Of a stretch of DNA of 64,000 nt, positions 53,506 to 64,000 are shown piece by piece. The stretch is from Lama glama (taxonomy: Eukaryota), in contig CM052818.1 in the NCBI GenBank assembly GCA_028534125.1, positions 13,518,001 to 13,582,000 on the forward strand, in the 5' to 3' direction. Positions within the stretch are counted from its first letter, which is position 1, and each line of letters begins with the position of its first letter. The notes beneath the pieces are model-generated. The model was not told the origin of the DNA and ran no database searches. It worked only from the letters and a program-made list of their open reading frames with translations. Position numbers and translations under genes: made by a program.

Positions 53506-56500
53506 GAAAGGAAAAAAACATATTTTTATTTCTAGTGCCTTGCAATGGAGCCTAGTCATTAAAAGAATTTACTCCAAATAATGAATACAGCAGGTATTTA
53601 AGGGGAAAAATGCAAGGTTACCGAGGTAACAGTAAATCTGTCTATGATGGGCAAAAGCAGCCATTTCCTCATATGGTTACCTTATGGGCAAGGATCATCA
53701 TCTACCTGCAGATGGCAGAAGTCGGGGGTAAATTTCTTTTCATCAGGAACTTCCCAGAAAGGACTTCATTATTTAGGGGCTCATGTTAGACAGTGTTTCT
53801 GAATTTTGTTTGTTCACTGTGATTAATGATGTGCTGTTCGTGTTGCTCTCAGATTTACAAACAATCTGCAGTCAGTGAGTGTCCCTTGCTAAAGTGTGAA
53901 TCTTGAGGAAAATGGAAAATGCTTGAGATGGACACTGTATGAAACATGAGGAGTCAGTTGTATGTAATGTGTACATGGGAATAGAATCCTAGCATGAGGT
54001 AAAATAAGCAGTTCCCATACTTTCAGATGCATGGTAAGTATCTTTGATTTTCTTTATTCTGGTTTTTGCCAGACTCTGCTCTAAGAAAGAGGGGGGAAAA
54101 AGCACGCAATATGTCTTCTTTTTTAATTCTTAAAATAATTTAGAAGTACTATAGGAATAAATTTAGAGTATAAAGTTATCCAATAGTAGAGAACTTTATA
54201 TTTAAGTGTTTTTTAAAAAATATTTCCAATAGCTTCCTAATTCCTAAATTTAATCAGGAGCTCATTTAGAGTGAGATAAATTAATCTGGGGAACTGTTAA
54301 AATGAATATACTTATGTAACCGTAAAAGTTATTAAAATGTTGAAAATTTCCAAACCTCTTGCTAATATCAAATCACATTATTAAGCTGTTACAGAAATGA
54401 AAAGAAATTTAAATATAGCTTGAAGACAAGAATAAAAGGATAGAGAAACACTTCATTAGCCTTCTACCACATTTTAATCATCCCAAAGAGTAGTAAAATG
54501 TTAATATGTATAAACTAGCCAAATAAAGCTAATCAACTTATAAAAAAATAAGAAAACCACGAAAAATATCTTTTTATAAAACTGTGGTACTAGTTTAAAA
54601 ATGATTAGTTTCTGGTTTTAATTATCTTCTCTTTGCAGAACAGCAATCTGAATATATACTATATGAAAAATCATAATTAGACAAGGCTCATTTTCTTAAA
54701 GTTATCCATTTTAAATTTGAATGTGAAGAGTTGTCAAAAATAATCTCAAGGCAGCTGTTTCCAATTATACTTATTTTGACAACTGAAAATGAGTAAACAA
54801 ACCAAAAATAGTTTAATATTTTGATCAATGTAGCTCCTTAATACTAAACAAAATAATTGTGATTTATATTGATATAAAATTTAAGAAGCACATTTTAATG
54901 TTTAAATAGGAAGAAATTATTTTCTTAAGTTCTACAGAAGTTAACTGTTATGCAAATTCAGGCATATAGTATATAAGGTATATTTTCATAAACACAAAAT
55001 TGAAAAATTTCAAAGTCATGTCTAGAGTCTGTAAGTCAGATACTTGAATCTACTCAACACATTCATTCATTCATAAGAAGTTTCCACCATATTTAATATT
55101 TGAAGAATGAGTCATGTACAATGTCAATGCCAACAATTGTATAAATATGACTAGGATCTCCCAAATATTTTCCATTCTGCCAACGGTAGAGTCCTACCTT
55201 CATTCTTAAAAACAAACAACAACAATGAAAAAAAAACTTTAATAGGAATTTTAACTATTTGGAAGGAATTTTTTTATATGGAAACAAAAGGATAAGTAAT
55301 ATGGATGAGGCAGAAAGAGGGAAAAAAGGAAACATGAGCAAGAGTTGTCAAGCATATGAAAGTCTTAGAAGAACAGCAAAAACAATACAGGAATCTGCAT
55401 TTTTCTCATCCAGACTACTGTGACATACTGGGGACACCACTTAATCTTTGCATTTTTTTGGTTAAAACACTTAAAATAAGGAATCATCCTTCCTTCATTA
55501 TAAATCTGCATTTTTTTGAAGCTTTCATTCAGACCTTTCAATGGCAGTAATAGGGATTTTTCTCAATAGAAAACAAGTGAAAATTCAGAGGCAGCTTTGA
55601 CTTTATGCATAAATTCCTATATGACACTAGAGCCTGCTTGCTCTTAGATACCTGTTCAATTAGCCTGACAGCACTGAAATTTCCATTAATTTGCTATATT
55701 AGCAGTTTCTTTGGGGTAAGGGATTAATTCTGAATGATTTCTATTGTTAAAGTACAAAACGTTATACTAATGCTAATATTTTTCCAGCCAGCTAGCTAGC
55801 TATACATTGCAGGGAGCAGATATGTATAACGGGAAAAGGGACACTAAATTATTTCAGGTCAGTGGATATCCAACCTTACTGTGGATAGTAAGGGTGAAGA
55901 AAAGATCTAGAGCATGGGATATTACCTAAAGGCAAATTTGTGGGGGCTCTAAGGGTGAGCTCCTTAAACAAAGCCATGTGGAATCAGCCATATTGTACCA
56001 GACACTTGGAGATAGTAGGAGAACCAAAGAATCACATTTTCTTAATTCACCATTTGATCTCCTAAACAGTTTCCATTGCCAGAGGTAGATTCATTCACAG
56101 TATAATAGCATGTTGAACATACCAGGAGAAAGCAACATGTTATAATACTGTATGGTATATGCCTTTCCACATTTGGTAAGAGGAGCTGTTTCCTCATCTC
56201 TAGCTGTGCTCTGCTTCCTGCCTTCAGATATTAACTGTGGTTATTTCTAATTCATTACCTGCCTAGTCCTGCAGCAGGCCAGGCATAAAATACAGGACCA
56301 ATTAGGACCACTTCACCTTAACATTGAACAATTCAGGCTAAGGGCAGGAGGGAATAGGAAGTCACTGTTCCTGTGTATTTTTAGAATGAAATGCCATGAC
56401 TTCCCTTACTGGAAGTGTCAAGCCATCCCATGGAGTAACATTAGGATGAAAACCAGATGATTATTCTTTTTTAAGATTACCCTGTTTTTACTAGTTAGTT

Positions 56501-58139
56501 TAAAAAACAAAATCTAATGATTTATCTTGGGGGAAAAAAAGCTCTTTAAAGTAAAAATTTTCCCCAAAGAAAACCATCATAATTTACTAGGGTAGAGGGG
56601 AAGAGAGGGATAGAAAAGGAAAAAAGAATAAATTGAGATTTGTGTGGGGCATAAGTAATTTGAACTCTGGACATGGACATGGATCTTTACCATTAGTAAT
56701 TGTTCTGCTATTCTGGGGGAGAGGAAGGATGAAGCTAGGGCTGAAAACAATTCAGGATTGACCAGAGATGAAAGCACTAATTCCAATGCGGGTGGAGGAT
56801 AGGATTCAGAAATACTGGAAAGCTTTGTTTTCCTCACCCTGTGTCTTGGAACCGCCAGATCAGAAGTTGGCAACTCTAGGTTAAACATCATAACAGCTGG
56901 GATGAGGAAACTCTTCACAGAAGGGCCACCCCAAAAGTCAGGAATGAAAAAATGCTAGAGGAATAAACACAACAAAATCCCTCAGGAAAACATATCTGGC
57001 CACTGGGTGGGTATCAGCCTTGTGTCATACTTGGTTTTTTTCTTCCTTTAAAATAAAGACTTCTTTTTTCTTTCAGAAGGTTGTCTGGTTTTTAGGTATT
57101 CACCCATCCTTCACAGAAAACTTCAATTCTAAGTATATATTGCTCAAAATACTTTACTTTTAGGGGAAACATTAACCCAATCCCTTGATTTAGGGTTTAA
57201 AAATATTACCTGTGAGTCACTAGATAGGAAGAAAGAAAAGAAATGTTAAATAATTTCTCCCCTTGGGAGAAGCAGGTTGGTTTTCTACAATATTACTTAC
57301 CCTGAAGTGTATACAAAGACTAATGTCAAGTCCTGGGATGTCTCATGATAGAAGCACAATAGTTACTTTACCTTCATTCTGTATCACTTTTCTATGTCTC
57401 AGTCTATTTAAACTCCTTCCCCTGATGTCTTAGCATCCAAAGTTCTGTCATCTTTCCTCTAAAATGATAACCTTTTTTTTAACCACAGAAAAGCTATTTC
57501 TACACAAGAGAAGTTGTACACTAAATTTCATCCTAAATGTTATACCTTTGCCTTCACATTATTTATTGACCCTCTTTCTACCCTCTCATGACCTCCTATG
57601 TCCATCATGTGGTGTGAAAACTGAGAGCATTTAAAAACTACAAGGTGGGAACATAATCCATGAGCAGGCAGTCAAAAGGTCCTGGAAAATAATGTTGAAA
57701 CAAGAAAGTCAAAGTCAAGGACAGAAAGAGTACCCAGATAGACAATAAAAAAGTCAGTTCCTTAACTGAGCTTTTTAATACTAAAGAGAAATACAGAAAA
57801 ACAAAGCTTTCATATACAATTTGTGTTTTTCCCCCCACTGAACAACAAATTCTCTAAATAAATGTGAGAGAAAATACTGGAATGTATTGACTTTGTGTTG
57901 CCACATGGGTAGACAGATTTTCTTCTCTATACTACAGGAAAAATAAAGTTCAAGTTCACGGATGAAATTTGTGTTAGACTTTTATTTTTTTCTGACTTAC
58001 TTTAGAGGAACAAGTCACTGGAATGTGGCACCAAAAGACCTCCTCTGGAAACTTTGAGGAATCTAAGCTAGTTATTGGACAGGGCTTCCTGGAAAAACTA
58101 GGTGAGAGCTCCTTTAAGCCAGAGACAGGCTATATAGGG

Positions 58140-58600
58140 TAATATATTTGAACACTAGCTTGGCAGTCAAGCATATTCTGGGTGTGAATTCTGCTTCTAC
58201 CAGTCACCATATCGGTGATGTCAGGCAAGTTACTTAGCCTCCATAAGCCCTGATTTCTTGGCTATAAAAATTAAGGTAGTACCAATCTCCTCAACAGAGT
58301 TGTTACGAGAATTAAATGATGTAAGTAAGTTATGACACATGAGAAGATGATGATGATGATGATAATAATAATAATAATAATAATAATAGCTAAACTGTAT
58401 CTAGTGATTGCCGAGTGCCAGGCACTATTTACATATATTACTTAATTTAATCCTCACAGAAATCCTATGAATTATATGCTATTTGTAGCTACATTTCACA
58501 GATGAGGAAACTGAGGTTAAGTAATTTGCCTGTGGTCTATCAGTTAGCAAGCAGTAGAAACAGGAGTCAAATTCAAGTACTCTTACCCACTATGCAACTT
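58140..58600. mobile_element. Tail-to-tail MIR pair joined by a (GAT)n(AAT)n microsatellite (58346-58388)
   Basis: Plus-strand MIR ggcaagttacttagcctc...gttgttacgagaattaaatga, then minus-strand MIR ttaatcctcaca...cagatgaggaaactgagg. Confidence 0.8.
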
Positions 58601-58914
58601 ACTGCTACTATACTGCTATTATTACTGCTACTACCATTCATTAGTCATCAATAATCCCCCAGTACCTAGCATGATACCTAGCATAGTAAGCCTGCAATAA
58701 ATACTTATTGAATTGAATTGAACTTCTCAGCATTACTTAGACTCAGACAGGAAAGAATTGAATAATCCAATCAACCAAAAAAATTATACTCATGTTCACA
58801 GTATCTATAAAAAAGCATGACTATCATTTTTCATTGAATTAACTTGTTTTTATCAAGGGAAATATGGGAACTGAATGGGAATTTGGGTAGAGTACACTCT
58901 AATATTCATGAATG

Positions 58915-59090
58915 TCACCAGAAGATAAAACTATAGACCACTATCACTTATAAATATAGCTGTAAATATCCTCAGCAAATACTAGCCAACCAAATCCAGC
59001 AACATATAAAAAGAATTATACACTGTGGTCAAGTGGGATTTATCCCAGGAGTGCAAAGTTACTTAACTGCTGAAAATCAACGTGATAATA
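58915..59090 (+). mobile_element. L1 ORF2 (RT) internal fragment
   Basis: aactatagaccactatcactt...aaatccagcaacatataaaaagaattatacac...caagtgggatttatcccagga. Confidence 0.85.
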
Positions 59091-61635
59091 ATTATAAGTG
59101 GCCTTGAAAACATGACATATAGGATTTTTTCATTTTACTAAGAAGCAAATTTTGAACACACCCAATGCAAGATCAGTATGTGAAGACCAGTCATGAAGAT
59201 GTGCTTGGTGTGTGACCAAAAATAGGGCCCGCTGAGATTTCTAAGCACATTGGCCCTTTTCTAGATTATTATCTTTGTAGGAACTCCTATAAAGTTGTGA
59301 AGGAAAAGGTGTCTGTGGAAAAGTGGTCTCAAAAAGTCAGCCAACAAACAAAGCTATTGTAGTATTCACAAATTTGGGAATTCTAAAAGGACTTGGGACA
59401 AATTCCAAGGATATTAATAGAAATCAAGGATATATCATATAGAATATGATAACTGTGAAAACTAAAATCAGATCAAAGCTGGCCAGTTGGAAGATCAAAT
59501 AAATAATCTGAAATTCAGCAAAAAATTGTGGTGCAAATTTTCAAAATCCAGTTTTATCTTATCATTTTTCTAAGCTGTGATATGCTCATGATTTCCTGTT
59601 TAATTATCCTCAGAAACTTAAAAAAAAACTTACAACATTCTCACGTTTTCCAAAATAGTGCAATCAAATGTCAAGCCTAACATAATAAAATGATTTAAAA
59701 TGTACATGCAGAAAATATGAAATTATTTTGCATTTTAACATTAGCTTAACCATATCACAAAGTAAATATTACGTTCTTTTAACATCATAAGAGTAAACTA
59801 ATGGCTCAGAAACAACATGTGTGATTTGACTAAATTACTGTTACTATGGAAACTTGATATTTTCGATTTCCTGACTCTTAAAGTTGATTTCAACACTGCA
59901 AAATGCTGTTTTCCATTTTGCTGCTATAGTTCAGTATAATAGAGAAGCATGCTGCAAATCAGTTATTAAAGACTCTAAACTAAAATTGGGAAATAAAAGT
60001 AGGAAAACTATATTCTTCTCTTAAAAACTTCAGTCATATGTCATCTATGGTTCATTCCATAACCCAAGTCCTCATCTGGCTTGTCTTTATTTTTCCCAAC
60101 AGTTTGCTGGCAGATTCACAAACTCAAAATAAATAGAATTTTTCCACTATCTAATTCTGAATTTGGCAGAGAACTCAATGATGAATCCATTCCTACCTCA
60201 AAAAATGTTTTCCTTTATACATTTCACTCACCCATACTCACTCAAGTCTGTAGGCTAGAGAAATAACAACTTTATTATGCGGGTTATTTCTATCACATTT
60301 CTCAGGTATAAGTCAAATACAAACTCAATTCTAATATCTGAAATTTCAAATAGGAATAATTACTTTTTCTACCACTTTCCACCTTGGGTTCCTTCCAGGC
60401 CATCTGAGGAGAAATCCCATAGGCTTTCTGTCTATGAAGGATAGTCCTTCATACCCTGAACTAGTAAAGGCCCCTCACAATAGCAGGTGGTGCTGCAGAT
60501 TCACAGCTACTCTTACCCCTCAACTTGATTCTTTTTAAAAATACAAAGGCTTCACAACCTACACCAACTTTTCAGCAGCTAACTTATATAGGACTTAACA
60601 GTAGTAAAGTAATTTATATAGTAATTTCTATTATTTCCTTCACCATGCATAGGTAAGTGAAGGGTTATTGTTATCTGAAAATGCTCTCTCTGCTAATTTT
60701 TTTCTTACTTTTTCAAGTTGAACTTACTCCCAGTCTCTCTCTACCTACCAAGTCAACCTCTATTAACAAACCTTTTCAAAAGAGTCTTAAAAGCTCATTC
60801 ATTCTAGTTCGGAGTTAATGCCAGGGAAGTGACACAACGTGAACCACCCTGTTTGTTTCATGTAGGTGCCTAGAAACAACTTATAATTTCTACTTGGAAA
60901 GAGGCAAACCTGGGTTATACATGGATTTTTACTGTGGAATCTGTTACTATTTCTTTTTCAAGTATCACTCTCAGTTTATGTGAGGAAACTTGTCCCCGGG
61001 GCATTATTTTAAAGGGATTTGTGAATTTATACTGCATAGTACCTCCAAATTAATTTACCAAAGCAATTTTGATCATGTCACTACCTTACTCAAAACTCCT
61101 CAATGATCCTCTTTCTTTCTCCATTTGCCTACAGGCTAATGTTCTAAAAGGCCCTCAACAACCTGGCAGCAGTTAGTGCCAGGGATCTCACTTCCTTCCC
61201 TCTCTACCCAAACTCTCTCTTCCAACCAGGGCAAGGTGAACTTAAAATTTCTATCCAATGGGATATGATGTGTGCTGTGAACCAGGGAAAACCATGTATT
61301 GTATTCTAACCTCTACTTTTTTCAATGGGAATTTTATTGAAATTTATCCTGTACTTTCCTCACAATTCCATTTTGGTTGTGTTGGAAGAGGATCCCTTAG
61401 ATCATTGGATTGTAAAGAGCTGTATCCACACATGACCCAGAGAACCTGGACTTGGAGCTTGAATTAGACTTTGATTGTCTCCTTTGGAGAGAGTTTATAA
61501 ATGTACATAACAGTGCATAGGTAAGAAAAAGGATACATGCAGATGCTGAGGCAGAAACAGACTGTAGAGGACTCTGTGGGTGCCTCCCCAAAATAGTGTC
61601 CACTCCTTTTGTAGGAAAAACCATGCTGTTTGAGT

Positions 61636-62631
61636 CTCGTTATCAATTGTAAGTGTTTAACCATGACTTTTAAGTCTTTCGTCATTATAGATAGTTGAAC
61701 TGCTGTTACAAAGGTGCTTCATCTTTAAGATTCATCAGAAGTCTATGGAAACAGTGGGTTACAACAGTCCCACATCAGATGATGGCTAACCGAGGATTCA
61801 AGTCCATACCACCCTCTGATGCAACAACAAAAGGCTGTCCTGCCCCTGGGGTCCCTAGATTAGGCATTCAGAGATTTTTACTACCTGAGAGGCAGAGTCA
61901 ATGCCCCTACTCAGCCCGGAAGCAGTTTCAGAAGATGGACCGTCACCCCTCTGCAACCCCATAAGATTATGGGAGTAAAATCTCTGAGGGGCAAATGAGA
62001 CAGGAAGGAAAGGGACAGGGCACAGCCATTCAAGGAAATGACACATTTATTAACACCAAAATGTATACCCTTCGATAGCTCAGCGGGTAGAGCAGGGTAC
62101 AACAGAGGTAATTTATTAACACCAAAATGGCAGAAAATTCAACTCCCAGTAGGCATTGAGGCTCAAGATGGCAGGAGATTTGACTTCAAATTGACCTTGA
62201 GCTTCATATACACTTATTAGCATGATATTATATTAGCATATATTAGCATGATAAATAACATGCCCACAGGCACCATGACAGTTCCAAGGCTAAAGATAAA
62301 ATGTCAAAGAGTAGGTGGTGGCCCAGTTCCTGGGAATCCCAGCCTCTTCCCCAGGGTAGTTGGAATGGTCCTCCCATTTGTTGGCATGTGAAGCTACCAA
62401 GCCCATAAAAACTGGTGACACCATACCTTGGGGCCTCTTTTGCTCCCTAGTCTTTGGGGATGGCCCACACTCTGTCTATGGAGTGTGTATCTACTGTACT
62501 TTTAACCTGAGCACCTAACCCCCACACCTCATGGTCTTTCCCTTGCCTTCTGTAACAGCCTACACTCTATGTAGTACGTATGTACCTCTCTAAATAAATC
62601 TATCTTTATTTAAAAAATTAAGAAAAAAATA
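61636..62631 (+). pseudogene. Processed retrocopy of an ERV1 (MER41-like) transcript 3' end: env-tail remnant, PPT, U3-R and poly(A)
   Basis: LTR starts TGAGACAGG at 61996 after purine tract gaggggcaaa. AATAAA at 62593, A-rich tail from 62612, no U5. Perfect TSD gaaaaaccatgctgtttgagt at 61615-61635 and 62632-62652. Confidence 0.85.
62064..62110 (+). pseudogene. 5' fragment of tRNA-Tyr(GTA), tailless retropseudogene-like
   Basis: CCTTCGATAGCTCAGCGGGTAGAGC at 62069-62093 matches 24/25 of the vertebrate tRNA-Tyr 5' end as I recall it. Flanked by the 19-bp direct repeat atttattaacaccaaaatg. Confidence 0.8.
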
Positions 62632-62887
62632 GAAAAACCATGCTGTTTGAGTGGCAGCAAACCACATCCCCAGCTCTAGGTGGACACTGTCTAAGCCAGT
62701 CATCCTATCCCCCTGAAACAAACATTGACTCAGTAACCCAGACCTATATCATTCAATAGCTATTATTCTACCAGCCACTATGATTGGTTTAAGGTTGGTA
62801 CAATCAGAGCAAATCTGACAAATTTGTTTAATAGCTAAAAGATGTAACTCCTTTTTTGCATATGAACAAGGAATCACATAGGCCAGA

Positions 62888-63407
62888 TGTGGTAGCCAGA
62901 CTCCAAGATGGCCCCCAATAATTCTAGACTCCTGATATCCACATCTTCGTGTAATCTCCCTCCTACAATGTACCAGGATTGGTGTGTATGACCAATTGGG
63001 CAGAAGTGATGGTATGTTACTTCTGAGATTGCATTCCAACAGACTAGGTTCTGTCTCCTTCCTCCCGCTTTCTCTCTGTTTCTCCCTCATTACTTGCTCT
63101 GGAGGAAGTCAACTGTCAGGTCATGAGAAACCCAAATAGAGGCCCACATGACAAGGAACTGAAGCCTCCAGCCAATAGCCATACAAATGTATTGAAAGTA
63201 GATTATTTAATCCCATTGAAGCCTCAGATGACCAAATCCCAGCTGACATTTTGATTACTGTCTTGTGAGAGACTCTTGAGACAGAGTTACTCAGTTAAGC
63301 CATGCCTAGATTCCTGTCACACAGAAACTGTGAGACACTAAATGTTTATTCCTTAATTCACTAAAGTTTTGGGGTAATTTGTTGTGCAGCAGTAGGTAAC
63401 TCATACA
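62888..63407 (+). mobile_element. MaLR LTR (MLT1F-like)
   Basis: tgtggtagccagactccaagatggcccccaat...cagaaactgtgagac...ggggtaatttgttgtgcagcagtaggtaactcataca. Confidence 0.87.
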
Positions 63408-63849
63408 TCTGAGGAATCACTCTTGCAACTGAGAAGAATAATAGGCTGAAGGTAAAGAAAGGGCTATGTGGGTCACAGAGAAATGGAGCTACAGCCCTAC
63501 TTAATGCACTCCTGAAGCCCACTTTATCTCTAGTTCTCTTCAGTTACGTGAGCCAATAAATAAATGCCTTTCATTTTTTAAACTAGTTTGAGTTAAATTT
63601 TCCAGTGCTTGCAAAGAAAAGTAGGCCAATGCAGAATTTGTTTGGGGAGACACAGTGCCTCTAAATGTGACTCCCAAACTACCCTGGTCTCTGCCCATTT
63701 GCTCATGTAGTAGCTCTTTAGTCTCTGTCCATTTTATTCTTACCCATTCTTCATGGCACTGATCAAGTCTTCACCTTTCTGATCTGATGACCACTCAAGA
63801 GCATATCTAGGGTGATCTAAATTCATACATACTTTAGCTGTCACTTCTA

Positions 63850-63985
63850 TTTATTTGGCACTTGTTGTATATTGTCCTATCTTTGATGAGTATTTACTTA
63901 TCTAGACTGTAACCACTTTTATATATTTCTAATCCCTATGGTATATATCATGGAAGGCACTCATTAACTATTGACTGTTTGATTA
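63850..63985 (+). mobile_element. LINE-2 3' end
   Basis: ctagactgtaacc...aggcactcattaactattgactg. Confidence 0.55.
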
Positions 63986-64000
63986 AATCTAACAGTTGGG

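Larger units (their letters stand above)
61563..63633 (+). mobile_element. MaLR LTR (MLT1K-like), host of the ERV retrocopy and of an MLT1F
   Basis: ccagctctagg...gtctaagccagtcat and terminal ttcagttacgtgagccaataaat...actagtttgagtt...cttgcaa. The sequence is continuous across the 21-bp TSD. Confidence 0.65.

Noticed and set aside
59198..59235. RCAWC motif suggesting a piggyBac cysteine-rich domain
   Set aside because: There is no second CxxC, no TIR and no TTAA duplication.
60478..60497. CTCF-like motif (tagcaggtggtgctg); weaker ones near 11850 and 13115
   Set aside because: Each has mismatches at core positions, and such matches are expected by chance in 64 kb.
61695..61964. 89-aa ORF as a captured env (syncytin-like) gene
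   Set aside because: It has a non-ATG start and only a frameshifted tail remnant, with no signal peptide, furin site or immunosuppressive domain.
1..64000. CRISPR array, operon or prokaryote-type defence system
   Set aside because: The sequence is mammalian repeat-rich DNA with no repeat-spacer arrays and no long intact ORFs.

Overview
AT-rich mammalian genomic DNA, most likely camelid (alpaca or camel). The species call rests on the 3' ends of two young L1 insertions recognised from memory, not on a search. There is a 500-N scaffold gap at 4437-4936. I found no recognisable intact protein-coding gene, RNA gene, CRISPR array or CpG island, and the ORF track consists of L1 or ERV relics and chance ORFs. 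The window is intergenic or intronic DNA packed with transposons: L1 of several ages, HAL1, L2, MIR, MaLR and ERVL LTRs, hAT and Tigger MITEs, and two MER41-like ERV1 LTRs. The most notable structure is at 61.6-62.65 kb. It is the 3' end of an ERV1 transcript (env tail, PPT, U3-R, poly(A)) flanked by a perfect 21-bp TSD, so it was probably copied by L1 machinery rather than retroviral integrase. Its U3 carries a 5' fragment of tRNA-Tyr flanked by its own 19-bp TSD. A complete solo LTR of the same family at 24.2-24.8 kb serves as an internal control. A few unverified exon-like segments are listed at low confidence. Repeat subfamily names come from recalled consensus motifs and are approximate.
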